DNA of 64,000 nt from an uncultured virus (IMG/VR IMGVR_UViG_3300045999_010308). Taxonomy: Duplodnaviria > Heunggongvirae > Uroviricota > Caudoviricetes. This document shows, piece by piece, positions 63,716-64,000 of this stretch (its first letter is position 1; every line of letters starts with the position of its first letter). Below the pieces are notes generated by a model. The model saw only the letters and a program-made list of their open reading frames with translations, was not told the origin of the DNA and searched no databases. Where the stretch lies: the IMG/VR virus record IMGVR_UViG_3300045999_010308, positions 1-64,000 of that record; one strand, 5' to 3'. Made by a program: the position numbers and the translations under genes.

Positions 63716-64000
63716 TAATTAAGGCTTCCATTTTTTCAATTTCAGACAAAATCAAGTCTCTTTCTTTTTTGTATTTACCAGGATTTCGGTGTTTTCTAAT
63801 TTGTAATTCAACTACAGAAAGTCTTTGTTTTTTGTATTCAATTTGTATTTCTATTGTACGTTTTTTTCTGTTAAGCATCTGCTTATCTCCTTTGTGTTTG
63901 TTTCTCTATATCCCCATTGTAGGGGATATGTTTGTATGTTGTCAAGGGGTTTGGAAAATATTTTTCAAATAACCCCGTAGTCTGACAATGCAAATACTGA

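Overview
AT-rich 64-kb segment of a large tailed phage or prophage. It is siphovirus-like with GTA-type tail-tip genes, and its host is a freshwater cyanobacterium, most likely Microcystis (inferred from nblA, ACTGATA heptamer repeats and a host type I-D-like CRISPR repeat). Nearly all genes are on the minus strand. They cover nucleotide metabolism (nrdA, nrdB, thymidylate synthase), head and portal genes, a DNA methyltransferase, a GH19 endolysin, tail-tip and fibre genes, an SF2 helicase, a primase-helicase, an XRE repressor, ParB-like and Rha proteins, two tRNAs, and a tail module with a -1 frameshift chaperone and a 3.2-kaa tape measure carrying M23 and SLT domains. Main points of interest: (1) Two tandem TnpB-derived type V (Cas12-like) effectors with RuvC catalytic residues present, each followed by its own CRISPR array (15 and 6 repeats of different families). 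No cas1/cas2 is in the window, and both genes sit behind an identical 131-bp promoter duplication. In locus 1 a 27-nt anti-repeat (tracrRNA candidate) lies inside the effector's 3' coding sequence and the stop codon falls in the first repeat. (2) A ~198-nt tRNA-shaped RNA with its own promoter, whose anticodon loop is replaced by a ~110-nt insert holding a mini-ORF (tmRNA-like architecture without the Ala identity pair). (3) An FGE-sulfatase/CLec gene with the codon signature of a DGR variable region but no RT or template repeat in the window. (4) A twin ~240-bp quasi-palindromic non-coding element. All family assignments come from motif recognition by eye, not database searches.
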